A model generated the notes under the pieces. It did not search any database. It saw only the letters and a list, made by a program, of their open reading frames with translations, and was not told where the DNA came from. DNA of 64,000 bases from Octopus sinensis (taxonomy: Eukaryota), in assembly GCF_006345805.1 (NCBI RefSeq), contig NC_043007.1:54436001-54500000 (forward strand), given 5' to 3'. The first letter of the stretch is position 1. Every line of letters starts with the position of its first letter. The position numbers and the translations under genes were made by a program. Below, piece after piece: positions 12,655 through 26,200 of the stretch.

Positions 12655-13269
12655 ATTGTCATGTATACATACATACATAAATACATATGCATACAACATT
12701 TTTGTATGTATGTGTGCGTGTGACAGAGAGAGAGAGAGAGTGGGGTTTAAGTGGCATTCGCTATCTCTCTCTGTCTCTGTCTCTCTGTCTCTCTCTCTTT
12801 CTCTCTCTCTCCCTCTCTCTCTCTCTCCCTCTCACTCTCTCTCTCCCACCTGCACACATACATACAAAAAAGATGTAAGGATATCTATGTATGTATATAT
12901 ACATGGCAATACACCCCTTCACTTTCTCTCTCTCTCTCTCTCTCTCTCTTACACACATACACATGCACACATGCGTCCATTTCATCTGATGTTTGATATT
13001 GTATGTGTGCGGGGTGGGGTGCACATGCGTGCATGCAGTGTTCCACAATTGCCATTTATTTCAATCACTGTTGTGAAGATATTCACATAACTCATTTTTT
13101 CATTTAATCCCCATTTTAATTTTCAAGGTAATCAATGTGGACTTCTGCAACTCTGTTCACACTATTAGGTATGTTTGCAAATATATAAACAAAAGTTTAG
13201 ATGTTGCAACATACACTCTTATGCAGAATGACAATCAGTAGATAAGTAAAAAGGACACATTTGCACAGT

Positions 13270-14420
13270 ATGACAAAAGAAGACTCTCTTTCATGAGAGG
13301 CACCCAGCCATCGTTCAGCTGAGTGTCATCTGGAGAATGACCACAGGATTATCTTTACAAAATAAACAGCGTTGCAACTAGTACTTTCTCCAAAAGTAAC
13401 TACCCTTACTACCTTTTTTGTGTCAAGTAGATTAAGATGCAAGAAAACTCCTTTACCCACAATTACCCAAGTATTACATCTGGAGAAACAATAAATAGCA
13501 CAAGAGGAAACATGGGGCTGATGCTCTTGCAAGAGTTTACATGTCCACCCAAGCCAAGCAGAATGCTACTACTTACAACTTTGGATGAAACATCGTGAAG
13601 ACATAGCCAAGGAAATAAAGTATGCAGTTCAACAGGCAAACCCAGATATCAATATTCAGTTCTTTGAAACAATTTTTAATGAAGTACTGACTGAAATTGA
13701 GGATCAAGTTTTGACCATAAGAGGCAAAATTTTGCAAGAGTCTGGTTCTGGGCTACCAAAAGCAAACTATCAAATTAGTGATTTAACTTCAAGAAACAAA
13801 GCAAGAGAGACAAATTATGACATCACAGACTTGGATGCATATGTTAATGAACATGAACCTAAATTTCTTCCAGAACAACGTTGGATATATGATAAAATTA
13901 TTTCGTCAGTCAGAGAAAAAAGTGGAGAAATTTTCTTTTTTGATGTTCCTGGTGGCACAGGTAAAAGATTTGTAACAATATTGCTTCTCTCCAAGGTAAG
14001 ACAACAAAAAAGAATTGCAGTAGTAGCATCGTCTGGTATTGCTGTCACCATTCTCCTAAGAAGACGAACAGCTCATTCTGCTTTTAAATTACTGCTAAAC
14101 CTGGTCACAAATGACAGTCCAATTTGTAACATAGGCAAAGGTTCAGGTTCAGCAGAAGTGTTGTGCCAATGCCACCTTATAATTTGGGATTAATGCATCA
14201 TGTCACATAGAGGTACAATGGAAGCTCTTGAAAAAACCTTACAGGACATAAGAGGCAACAATAAATCTATGGAATTACATTAGTTTTATCAGGAGACTTC
14301 AGACAGACATTACCAGCCATTCAAAGATGAACAAGACCTGATGAAATAAAAGCATGCACTAAGTCTTCACAGCTATGATATAAAGTACAGAAATTCTCCT
14401 TCAAGTCTAACATGTGAGCA
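13270..14420 (+). pseudogene. Helitron RepHel remnant (PIF1-like helicase), degenerate
   Basis: ORF 13585-14193: FFDVPGGTGK (Walker A, cf. DAPGGTGKT), AVVASSGIAVTIL...RTAHSAFKL, IIWD*; downstream VLSGDFRQTLP; upstream HERHPAIVQLSVHLEN. All are Helitron helicase motifs, broken by stops and frameshifts. Confidence 0.9.
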
Positions 14421-14554
14421 GTACTTCATCCAGTGAGCTAACAATTCTGCCAGCTCGCTGCCTTGATGATGATGACAATGATGATGATAATGATGATGAT
14501 GATGATGACAATGATGATGATAATGATGATGATGATGATGATGACGACGACGAC

Positions 14555-17060
14555 AATACAAGACAGAAATGGTCTAAGAAGGAATATATCTAAGTTATGC
14601 ATGCTTATTTTTATTCAACACTAAACCCAGAAACATCAATCACACAAAAAGAGACCTACAATATCTGGAGGTGCAGGCTGTACATAGACAGTGATAAACT
14701 AGGAGCTGTAAGATGTGATATCCTAAAAAATAAAAGACTGACAGCAAAATTGGCAAAATAGTCAAATCAGTCAAAAGTCAGCTCAGTATAACCCACACTC
14801 ACTTATACCCACAGGAAAAAGCCCTGAAATCACTAAATCAAACTAGCAAACTAGATACACAGAACCCTATGAAGGTGGATACTAAAAACACTATAATTGA
14901 TCATGTCAGCAATGAACTGTTAGATGGAATACTAGAACAACATCAACTTTTCATGAATGAGCCCACTTCTTAAAATCATTAATACTAATAAGAACAGACA
15001 AGTAATCAAAGAAGTTGATCAAGCACTTGAAAAGATGATATAACATTCTTTGAGAATAGTAGAGAAAGTGCAACAACATCAACTTTTCATGAATGAGCCC
15101 ACTTCTTAAAATCATTAATACTAATAAGAACAGACAAGTAATCAAAGAAGTTGATCAAGCACTTGAAAAGATGATATAACATTCTTTGAGAATAGTAGAG
15201 AAAGTGCCCTCAAAGTGATTGATCAACTCATTTACTCAGCTACTCATGCTGCAACTCAGAAATATGGTATTAAAATTAGAGATAGACAAAAAAAGTGCAA
15301 TATACACCAACAGCCTGCATGGATGGAAAGAATAAACCAAAATGTAATTCAACTAAGAGCAAAGGGAAAACTAATAAACCCAACAAACTAAGAATAATTG
15401 CTAAACATGACCTTTACAAGAAAACAAAGGAAACACAGATTAAAATCCTCAAACAAAAACTACAATTAAAATCCTCAAACAAAAACTACAATTAAAATCC
15501 TCAAACAAAAACTACAATTAAATAACCAAATGACTGGCAGAATGGCTGGTTATAACAACTGAAGAAGTGAAAGTGACACTCGCCAAGTCAAAGAAATGGA
15601 AATCCCTAGGTATCCCTTTACTAGTTTCAGTCACTTGACTGGGGTCATACTGGAGCACCACCTTGAATAAAAATAGGTTGCTCTAAAGTAGAGAGCAATG
15701 TCCATATGTGTTAGAAAGATCAATTGATCTCTTCCGACCTTGTCAAGGGGAGTGCTAACCATCTCTCCTTTTTTGCAACACAGATAAGATTCCAAATTTT
15801 GGGCTAAACTCTTTAATGAGCACTCACCACAACTTAGCTACAGCACTCAATGAAGTTATGTTCAACCCTGCAAAAGCCCCAAAGTAGCTTACATATCTCT
15901 TCCCAGAAACAGAAAAAACTATTAACCCCCCCCCAAAAAAAATACTGACCCATAACATGCCTCACCACCATATATAATCTATTAACATCTATATTAGCAT
16001 ATGAATTCTTGGACGATAGGAAGTTATTCATAGTGGAGCAAAAGGGATGTAAAAGGAATTCATATGAATGTAAGGACCAATTACTGATTGATAAAATGGT
16101 CATTGAAAATTGCAAATCCAAACACAGAAGCCTTAGCATCGCTTGGATAGATTACAAAAAGGCTTTTGATATTGTCCCCTATGCACTGATCATAAAAGCC
16201 CTGGAAATTTACAAGATAGCTCCAGCAATTGTGAACTTTTTAAAAGTAATTATGAATTCATGGAGAACCACCATCATTTTAAACCATACACAGGGATATA
16301 CCACCTCACCAGACATCAATATCGCCTGTGGTATCTTTCAAGGTGACTCATTATCACCATTACTATTCTGCCTTGCTCTGTTCCCATTATCCACGCAACT
16401 GATTAATGCTAAGAGAGAGTATAAGATCTTTGACCAGAAAATTAATCATCTACTCTATATGGATGATATGAAGCTGTTTGCCAAAAATGACAAAGAATTA
16501 GAAGAGCTCTTGAGTATTGTCAAAGAATTCAGCTGTGATATACGTATGGAATTCAGACTTGATAAATGTGCAAAGGCTACTTTCAAGGCAGGGAAGTTCA
16601 TAAAGACTGAAAACATAGAACTTGATACTACCATGGCTATTCAAAACCTAAACCAATCCAAAATATACAAATATCTGGGAACTAATGAAGGTGATGGTAT
16701 CCAGCACTCTAAAATGAAAGAGAAAATCCGCAAGGCATGCTACCAAAGGGTAAGAATGGTCCTAAACTCAGAATTAAATGCTGCTAACAGAATTAATGTA
16801 ATCAATTCTTTGGCCAAACCTGTAACCACATATAGCTTTGGTATCATTAAGTGGAGTCTCACTGACATGTAGAATATGGGTAGAAAGATCCATAAAATCC
16901 TTACAAGGTACCGAATGCACCATCCAAAATCAGATGTAGACAGGATTTATCTCTCAAGAAAAATAGGTGGAAGAGACCTTATATATCCGAATAATTCTTC
17001 AAATCAGCAATAACAGGCCTTGAAACATACCTTAATACAACAAGTGATGTGCTGTTACAA
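14555..17060 (+). mobile_element. Degenerate Dong/R4-like non-LTR retrotransposon (N-terminus to RT)
   Basis: Starts RQKWSKKEYI*VMHAYFY (same N-terminal motif as 23.57 kb) right after (GAT)n/(GAC)n; ORF 16009-16872 has KDQLLID, WIDYKKAFD, GIFQGDSLSPLLF, YMDD, YKYLG. Confidence 0.85.
14936..15207. repeat. Perfect 136-bp tandem duplication inside the decayed LINE
   Basis: 14936-15071 is repeated at 15072-15207. Confidence 0.9.
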
Positions 17061-17214
17061 ATTGCACTGGCTACTAGTGTAAAACGGCAGCTACAGTACA
17101 ATGGCAGTCACACTTTACACCAGTGGGAGGAATCCACTTTACAACTTATTGTTATAACACTGTTACAGTGTATTCTTTATCTAACATCAACAATATCGAC
17201 TGTAATATGATATT

Positions 17215-18843
17215 GGAGGCTTAAGAATATAACAGGGTACACCTTGAAAAGTGGAGGAAAATTAAATCATGTTATATATGGATGACTTAAAGACCTTTGG
17301 GAAGACCGAACATGAAATAAATGGCCTAGTTTCAACAGTGCAGATATTCAGTAAGGATATCAGAATGGAATTTGGAACTTAAAGGTGTGGTATGCTTATA
17401 TTACAAAAAAGCAATGTAGTGTTGTTTGATGATGTAGAGCTACCAAACAGTGACAAAAATCAAGGCTATTGAGACTAATGGATATAAATATCTGGGTATC
17501 TTGGAATACAACAAAATCAAGGAAAGTGAAATGAAGGTAAGCTTTAGATGAGAATATCTCAAAAGAACCAAATTAATTATCGGAAGTAGGATCAATGGAT
17601 AAAACAAGATAAGAGCAATGAACATGTGGGCTGTTTCCTTAATGCGATATGGTGCAGGTGTTGTTAGGTGGACAAAGAATGAGCTTGAGGAAATGGATAG
17701 GAAAACCAGAAAAGTGATGACAATTAACAAGGAGCTAAACCCCAAAAGCAATACTGATAGACTGTATGTGCCTAAGAGCAGGAGAGAAAGAAACCTCATA
17801 GGATGCAAGATCTGTGTTGTTAATTAGAAGAACAGTCTGGTATGGTACATCAAACAGCAGAGTGAATCCTTGTTTGCCACTGTTAGGACTAATAAAACAA
17901 TACCTACTGAGAATGTGATGCACCCACAAACATTTAAGAAACAAGATAAAGAAGAAAGAAGAAACAATTGGAAAATGATATCACTGCATAGGCAATACCT
18001 CAGAGAAATCTTTGGAAAAGACATGATCAACACTTGAAGATGGCTAAGAAAAAGGGATCTGAAAGGATATGCTGAGGCATTGATATGCAGCACTCAAGAA
18101 CAAGCTCTGAGAACTAATTACACCAAGTTCCAAATAGTTAAGAGTAGTGAATTGCCCATGTAGGATGTGTAGCAGCAGAAATGAAACAATCTCACATATT
18201 GTGAATGAGTATAGTAAGCTGACCCAAAAGTACTACAAAAGGAGGCATGATAACGTGTTTAAGTTCATCCACTGGAGGCTATGTGAAAAGTATGGCCTGA
18301 ACAGAGTATGGAAACGGTATGAACATGAACAAGAAGGAAATGAGAAAAAGGAATATAAGATACTGTGGGATTTTACAATCCAATGTGGCTCCCTAATTGA
18401 GGCTCAGAGACCAGATATTGTTGTGGTAGGTAAAGGGAAAAAGAAAACCAAAATTATAGATATTGCAATATCTGGGGATGCATGCATAAATGACAAAGAA
18501 CAGACTATTAAACAATGAAATTGCAAGAATGAGAACTTGAGGAGAGGGTCTGTCATTCCAGTCGGTGTAGGGGCACTTGGAGCACTCTAACAACCAACTT
18601 CAAGAAATATGTCAGAGAAATCATAATTGGCATAGGAGCATAGCAAGCCCAAAAAACTGCACTGCTGGGGACAGTTAGGATTTTGAGCTTGGCACTTAGA
18701 TGTTGAATGTTTCCCATGATAATTAACAACCAAGTACCAAAGCTTATAACATGTGGAAAGAGACCCTGTGAGACCTCTGACAGCAGGCTGCTGTCCACTC
18801 ACACAGAATCTATCAGAGCAAACACGATCAAGTGCTCTGAGAA
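17215..18843 (+). mobile_element. Degenerate RLE-clade LINE 3' half (RT, CCHC, PD-(D/E)xK endonuclease)
   Basis: YMDDLKTFGK near 17275; CRMC...ETISHIV; YKRRHD; ILWDFTIQ...RPDIVV...IIDIA; ends in hairpin CAGAGCA...TGCTCTG followed by (AAC)n(AAT)n. Confidence 0.8.
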
Positions 18844-18880
18844 GTAAAACAACCACAACAACAACAACAATAATAATAAT

Positions 18881-18995
18881 CGTTTCAAATTTTTCCACAA
18901 GGGCAGCAATTTTGGGGGAGGGGATGAGTCAATTACATCAACCCCAGCGTTCAACTGGTACTTATTTTATCAACTCTGAAAGGATGATAGGCAAA
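18881..18995 (-). mobile_element. SINE fragment (second family)
   Basis: GTTTCAAATTTT..ACAAGG.CAGCAATTTT...GGTACTTATTTTATC...GAAAGGATGA, same family as 29841-30054. Confidence 0.7.
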
Positions 18996-18999
18996 TAAT

Positions 19000-21810
19000 A
19001 AGCAACTACTTGCAACAAAATGTCCAAGCAAAAGCTCAAAGAATACGAAGGTGTGAGAAGAGAAACAAGTTTTACAAGCAAAATAAGCTGTTCACATCCA
19101 ATGTGAAACTTTCTACAGAGAAATAAGGAAGGAGAAAATAACCACTGAAGACCCTGCTCCCATGGAAGAAGTTGAAAGCTTTTAAAAAAATATTTGAAAT
19201 GAGGAAAAGACATACAATGAAAATGCAGACTAGATTAGACACACAGTAGGATCATACTAAAATTTACCAGAACAAGCATGGGAAGACATCACCATAGCAG
19301 ACCTAAGAATGACACTCATGAAGGCTCATAAGTGAAAATCCTTTGGCAATGATAGGGTGCTAAATTTCTGGTTCACATTGCTCCTGTGCACACATGGAAA
19401 GTTAGTTCAGCTATTCAAAGAGATTATGAGAGATCCTAAGAAAACACCTGATTGGTTAGCAAGTGGTATCACTTACCTCCTTCCAAAGAATAATAAAGCC
19501 AAATTTCCCCAAAACCATCACCCCCATAACCTGTCTATATACCACATATAAAATTTTAACATCTATCCTCATAGAGAAAACATACACCCTTATGGAACAG
19601 AACTCTATTTTCCCCACTGAACAAAAAGGTTGCCAATGGAGCTCATATGTATTCAAAGATCAACTCCTAATCAATTGCATCATCCTTGAGAACTGTCATA
19701 ACAAACGTAGAAATCTTAGTTCTGCATGGGTTGATTATAAGGCCTTTGACAGCATACTGCATTCATAGATCTTGAAATCACTAGATTCAAAATTTCTCCT
19801 GTAATTTAAAACTTCCTGAAGCACATGTCAGTGTGGAATATGAATCTCCAATTATACCACTCTAATATAGTACTGAATACAAACAATATTAATATCAACT
19901 GTGGCATTTTCCAAGGTGACTTACTTTCACCTCTAATTTTCTGCATAGCCTTAATACCCCTTACAAGTGAACTTAACAGAACAAGGTATGGGTATAAAAT
20001 TGATGAGAAGAAAATAAGCCATCTATTTTATATGACTTAAAACTATGGCAAAGACAATAACGGGCTTGAAGGTCTATTGTGAACTGTGAAAGCATTCAGT
20101 GATGACATCAGGATGGAATTTGGTCTTGATAAATGTGCCAAGGCCACTTTCCAGAAAAGGAAATTGGAAACCTCACATTTAGTGGTGTTGGATGTCGACA
20201 CAGTTATAAAACAACTTGAGCAGCAACAAACTTACAAATACCTCAGAATAAATGAGGGTGCTGGCATTCAACATGCAAACATGAAAGAGAAGATTAGGTA
20301 GGAATGTTACAGGAGAAAGTCGAGCAGGCCTAAAATCCAAGTTAAATGCATGAAACAATGTGTAAGCCATAAATTCCTTAGCAGTTCCAGTTGTTATTTA
20401 TAATTTCAATGTGTTGGACTGGAATATGAGTGAAATAAGGAAGATTGACATGAAAATCTGTTAGCTGCTGATTTGCAGTAAGATGCACCACATAAAAGCA
20501 GATGCAGATCATCTTTACCTTCCTAGAGCCCAAAGAGATCGACACTTGATCCAATTTGAAATCTCTTACAAAATCACTTCAATTGGACTGGCCAAATATC
20601 TTGAAACATCAAACGACTTGAAGCTAAAACTCATTGAAAACCATGAATGACATAAGAAACTTCATTCTGTCATGAAGGAGAGCAAAAAAATTATTAATGA
20701 ATTCATGCATAATATTCAGATTGTACAGCATGATGGAAGTGTGGTAACTGTTGTTGCAAAGAAGGTTAAATCAATAGCAAAGCAAAAAGCATTTGAACAA
20801 TTGGCTGATAGGTGGGAACAAAAACCTCTGCATGGCACATATGTGGCCTGTAGCAAACAAGCTGATTGTAGACTAGAAGTATACCCATTAGTGGCTCTGA
20901 AGCTCAGAGCTAAGGCAGAGAGCAAAGGCTTTATCTTAGCTGCTCAAGATCAGAGTTTATTGATCTGGAACTACCAAACCAATGTGATAAAAAATGGAAT
21001 AGATTCAAAGTGCCAATACTGCAACAATGAAATTGAAACAGAAGCCCACCTAATATTTGGGTGTAAGATTTTAGCACCAGTAGAGTTTAAATCTAAACAT
21101 GACAAAATTAGCCAATATCTACACTGGATAATATGCTGGTATTATAAAATCAAAACTGCAGACAAATGGTATAAGCACTATCCTGAAGCTGTAACTGAGG
21201 GAGAAAATGCTACAATTCTTTAGGACTTTCCAGTACATACAGACTGGAATACCAAAGCTAATAAACCTGACATTGTGGTGAAAGACGAAAACAATAAAAT
21301 CTGTTTATTGATTGACACGAGCATACCTTGTGATCATAATATCTCAGTAAAAGAATTTGATAAGCTCAGAAAATATAAAGATTTGCTGATTGAAATTTTA
21401 AAAATGTGACATTCCAAGATGGTATTGTAATATCAGTGATTGTAGGAGCACTTGGAATGATCAAAAAGGGAACTGAACTTATTTGAGGATGATCCCTGGT
21501 TTACCATCCATGCAGGAAGTGCAAAAAATTGTCTTAACTGGTATGTCACATATAATGAGAAGAGCAATATCACTATGAATTTTCTTTCCTTTACCCCCTT
21601 ATTTTCTTTGTTTTCTTTTTTTCACTTTTTCATTTTTTTCCTTCTTCCCTCTGTCTTTCTTCCCTTTTATTTTTCATTTCATATGACTTTGTAAATGAAC
21701 AATCTAGTGTGTTTATTTTAATGACCTACCAATGTATACAGTGAGCTTCATTGCCCAAGATGTTTGGAAGATACTTGGCAAGAAATGGAAACATAATTGA
21801 AAGAAGATGA
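19000..21810 (+). mobile_element. 5'-truncated, degenerate Dong/R4-like LINE
   Basis: Colinear with 24.45-27.2 kb copy (PITCLYTTYKILT, KDQLLIN, GIFQGD, ILAAQDQSL, KPDIVVKD) with many stops; ends in (TAA)n at 21.81-21.89 kb. Confidence 0.9.
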
Positions 21811-21836
21811 TAATAATAATAATAATGATAATGATG

Positions 21837-21890
<54 letters not shown>

Positions 21891-21892
<2 letters not shown>

Positions 21893-22788
21893 TTACATAT
21901 CTGCAGCTTTCAAACATACATCCGATCGGCTTTAAAAACTTTAATACCCACAACTGCCTCTGTAAGCACCCTTTTTTTTTCTTCTCTCTAAAAACATCAC
22001 GCTTTTCTTTTTGTGGACTTGCAAAACCCTAAAACTTTCTATGAAAATCTGACTTTTCTTTGCTTCCTCCTTGAATATTCAAATATAAATGTAAACATAT
22101 ACTCTTTATTGCAAAACACACCTGTTCTTCTAACTGGACATACAAACATCTCTAGAGGGGTCAACTTCAACCTCCACAATATTACCTTGCACAAAATATA
22201 CAAACACTTTTTATTGCAATAACACAAACGCACATGGAAAAAATAATGATGCTAAGATTCTCTCTGGTCGAACACAACTTCTCTATTCACAAATAATACA
22301 GAACAGCCCTTCAAAATAAGTTAAGAAAATTTACAAATTTACATATCTACAGTTTTCAATCATACATTCGACCAGCTTTAAAAACTTTGATACCCACAAT
22401 TGCCTCTGTAAACATCCTTTTTTTTTTCTTCTCTCTAAAAACATCACGCTTTTCTTTTTTTTTTTTTTTTTTGTGGACTTACAAAACCCTAAAACTTTCT
22501 ATGAAAATCTGACTTTTCTTTGCTTCCTCCCTGAATATTCAAATATAAATGTAAACATATACTTTTTTATTGTAAAAACACACCTGTTCTTCTAACTGGA
22601 CATACAAACATCTCTAGAAAAGTCAACTTCAACCTCCACAATATTACCTTACAGGAAATATACAAACACTTTTTATTGCAATAACACAAACGCACGTGGG
22701 AAAAAAAAAAAAAAAATGATGATGATGCTACGATTCTCTCTGGCCGAACACAACTTCTCTATTCACAAACAATACAGAACAGCCCTTC
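21891..22788. repeat. Tandem duplication of a ~430-bp unclassified repeat
   Basis: 21891-22312 and 22337-22788 are highly similar (ATTTACATATCT...GAACAGCCCTTC). Confidence 0.85.
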
Positions 22789-23228
22789 CTTAATTTTTCT
22801 TAAGCCTAATAGTAGTAAACATCTGAACTTTAGGACCGCACCTAAAGAGAAAAAAAAAATATCACTGATGGTGATGGTGATGATGGTGATGATGATAATA
22901 ATGATAGTAATAGTGCTGATAATCTATCTATCTATCTACACACACACACACACTCAAAGAGTTCAACCAACACAAAGAAAGTATTATTTGACAGGCAAGA
23001 ACTCTAGTGTTGAAGACAGTCAGCCAGCCAACCACCAAGCTAGCCAACGAGACAGACAGACACTACTGTGATGGTGATAATGATAAAAAAACAAAAATAA
23101 CAATAATAAGATACTGCTGTGACTACACATAAAACAATATCATTGATGATGATGGTGGTGATGGTGATGATGATAATGATGATGGTAATGGTAGTGATGG
23201 TAATGGTGATGATAATAACAATAATAAG

Positions 23229-26200
23229 CCGACTACGGCTGCTATAATGGTACGATTATAATTGTAACGGCAATGATGGCCGTCTCCCCACGAGCCAATC
23301 AAAGCTAAAAAATGATAACATTATCGTAGCACCAAAATGTTTTTGGAAACTAAAAGGAAAACTAAATCAGTATACCAAATCGCTTGTCCTATGGTTACTC
23401 TGGAAGCGCGTCCCCCAGGGAAGAGCCAGCCTGGGATCGAAAAGTCATCAACTGGCACAAACTCTTCTCCAAATACGGACATGGATGGTCACTTGAACAG
23501 GAAATCCCCCAACTCGAGCCCTCCAAGTTCACCACCACAACCACCACAGAAAGAAAAATGTAAGCGGAACAAATGGACCCGAGAAGAGTATAAAGAAGTA
23601 ATATACGCTTATTACTATGCATTAGGTAGGCCATCTCAAGAGAGACACACCGCAAACTCTTACAGTATATGGAGAACACGGAATCAAGACAGTAGGCCCT
23701 ATTTGGACGAGAACAAATTAGCAAATGTGAGGAGGGATATCTTTAGAAATAACAGACTCACAGACAGTGAAATAAGCGCGATCAAGCACGCAACGGAAAA
23801 TGACATAAATATAAGACACAAAGGAAATGAAGAATCAGATGAACAGTATAGCCCGCCACGAGGCTTAATTGAAAGACTGCCATCTGACCAAAGTACGCAA
23901 AGCCTGAAGATACAAGAAATTCTATTGTACCAGTTAAAGATAGCCAGGAAAACGAAAAAACAACAGTAACTGAAGATCTCGCATTTGCTGAAGAACACAG
24001 AGAGTCTATGGCAGAAATGAGGCAGAAAATCCTGAATACGCTTGAAGTTGTAAGACATACAAGTATGAATGATAGAGAACCGCTTCATAAACTCTCAAAT
24101 ACAAACCAAAATAAAAAACAAATCCAAATTGGCAACTATGTAACAAATGAAATAATACGAGAATTAAAACCTGATTTTACTGAGTTAAATGAAATTATTT
24201 ACGCTTCTGCTAGGGCAATTGAAACCAGCTGTATGCCCCTGAAAAAACAAAGAAAACAAAACCTGGGAAGAAATCAAACCTGGAGAAGTAAAATTGAAAA
24301 AGAGATTGAATTTATGAGAGGGGAAATATCAATATTAAATGAACTAATATGTGGAAATGATGTAAGATCCAGAACAGGAAGAAAGATGAAGAGAAAATTT
24401 GGATCCTCACCAAGAGAAGAACTGATATCAATAAAAGAAACGCTGAAACAAAAAGTCCAAGCAAAAGCCCAAAGAATATGAAGATTTGAGAAGAGAAACA
24501 AGTTTTACAAGCAAAATAAGCTGTTCACATCCAATGCCAAAAAATTCTACAGAGAAATAGGGAAGGAGAAAGTAACCGTTAAAGACCCCCCTCCCATGGA
24601 AGAAGTTCAAAACTTTTGGAAAAGGATTTGGAGTGACAAGGAGACGTACAACATAAATTCAGACTGGATTATACAAACTGAAGGATCCTACCAAAATTTA
24701 CAACAACAAGCATGGGAAGACATCACAATAGCAGACCTAAGAAAGGCACTCACGAAGGCCCATAATTGGAAATCCCCCGGTAAAGATAGGGTGCCGAATT
24801 TCTGGCTCGCATCGCTCCCGTGCGCACACAGTAAGCTAGTTCAGCTGCTCAATGGAATTATGAGAGACCCAAAGAAAACACCTGAATGGTTAGCAAGTGG
24901 CATTACTTACCTACTCCCAAAGAATAACCAAACCAACCTTCCAAAAAACTATCGGCCTATAACCTGCCTATCCACCACGTATAAAATCCTAACATCTATC
25001 CTGGCGGAGAAAACATATGCATTCATGGAGAAGAACGATATTTTCCCCATTGAACAAAAAGGGTGCCGCCGAGGCTCTTACGGATGCAAAGATCAACTGC
25101 TAATCAATCGTATGATCCTTGAGAACTGTCACAACAAGCGCAGAAATCTCAGCACCGCATGGATTGACTATAAAAAGGCCTTCAACAGTATACCGCATCC
25201 ATGGATCTTGAGATCGCTGGACATCTTCAAAATTTCCCCTGTGATTTCAAACTTCCTGAAGCACAATATGTCGTTGTGGAATATGAATCTCCAATTATAC
25301 CACTCTAATGGAGTACTTGCCTCAGAAAATATAAACATCAACTGTGGAATTTTTCAAGGTGACTCACTTTCACCTTTAATATTCTGTATAGCCCTAATAC
25401 CCCTTACAAGTGAATTAAACAGAACAGGGTATGGGTATAAAATTGCCAATAAAAAAATAAGCCATCTATTTTATATGGATGACTTAAAACTTTATGGTAA
25501 AGACAATAATGAACTTGAAGGCCTATTGCGTACCGTGAAAGCATTCAGCGATGACATCGGGATGGAGTTTGGACTTGAGAAGTGTGCCAAGGCCACTTTC
25601 CAGAAAGGGAAAGTGAAGACCACAAATTCAGTCGTGTTAGATGTTGACACAGTCATAAGAGAGCTTGAGCAAGAACAAACATACAAATATTTAGGGATAA
25701 ATGAAGGCTCTGGTATTCAGCATGCAAGCATGAAAGAGAAAATCAGGAAGGAATGTTATAGGAGAGTTCGTGCAGTCCTGAAATCTGAACTAAATGCACG
25801 TAACAAGGTGTTAGCTATAAATTCCTTAGCAGTTCCAGTTGTTACTTATAGCTACAATGTGTTGAACTGGAATATGAGTGAAGTAAAGAATATAGATAGA
25901 AAAATACGCAAGCTGCTGAGTTGTAATAGGATGCACCACCCAAAGGCAGACGTAGATCACCTTTACCTTCCCAGAGCCCAAGGAGGTCGAGGCCTGATCC
26001 AATTTGAACTAGCTTACAAAACAACCACAATTGGACTGGCCAAATATCTCGAAATATCGAATGACTGGATGCTAAAGCTCGTGGAAAATCACGAGAGACG
26101 AAAGAAGCTTCATTCTATCATCAAGGAAAGCAAAAAATTTGCTATTGATCTCGTGCAGGATACCCAAACTGAACAATCCGAGGGAAGTACGGCAACTATT

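Noticed and set aside
23229-23336. HDV-like ribozyme in the Dong 5' UTR
   Set aside because: Small hairpins exist, but I could not build P1/P1.1/P3 with the required GG junction.
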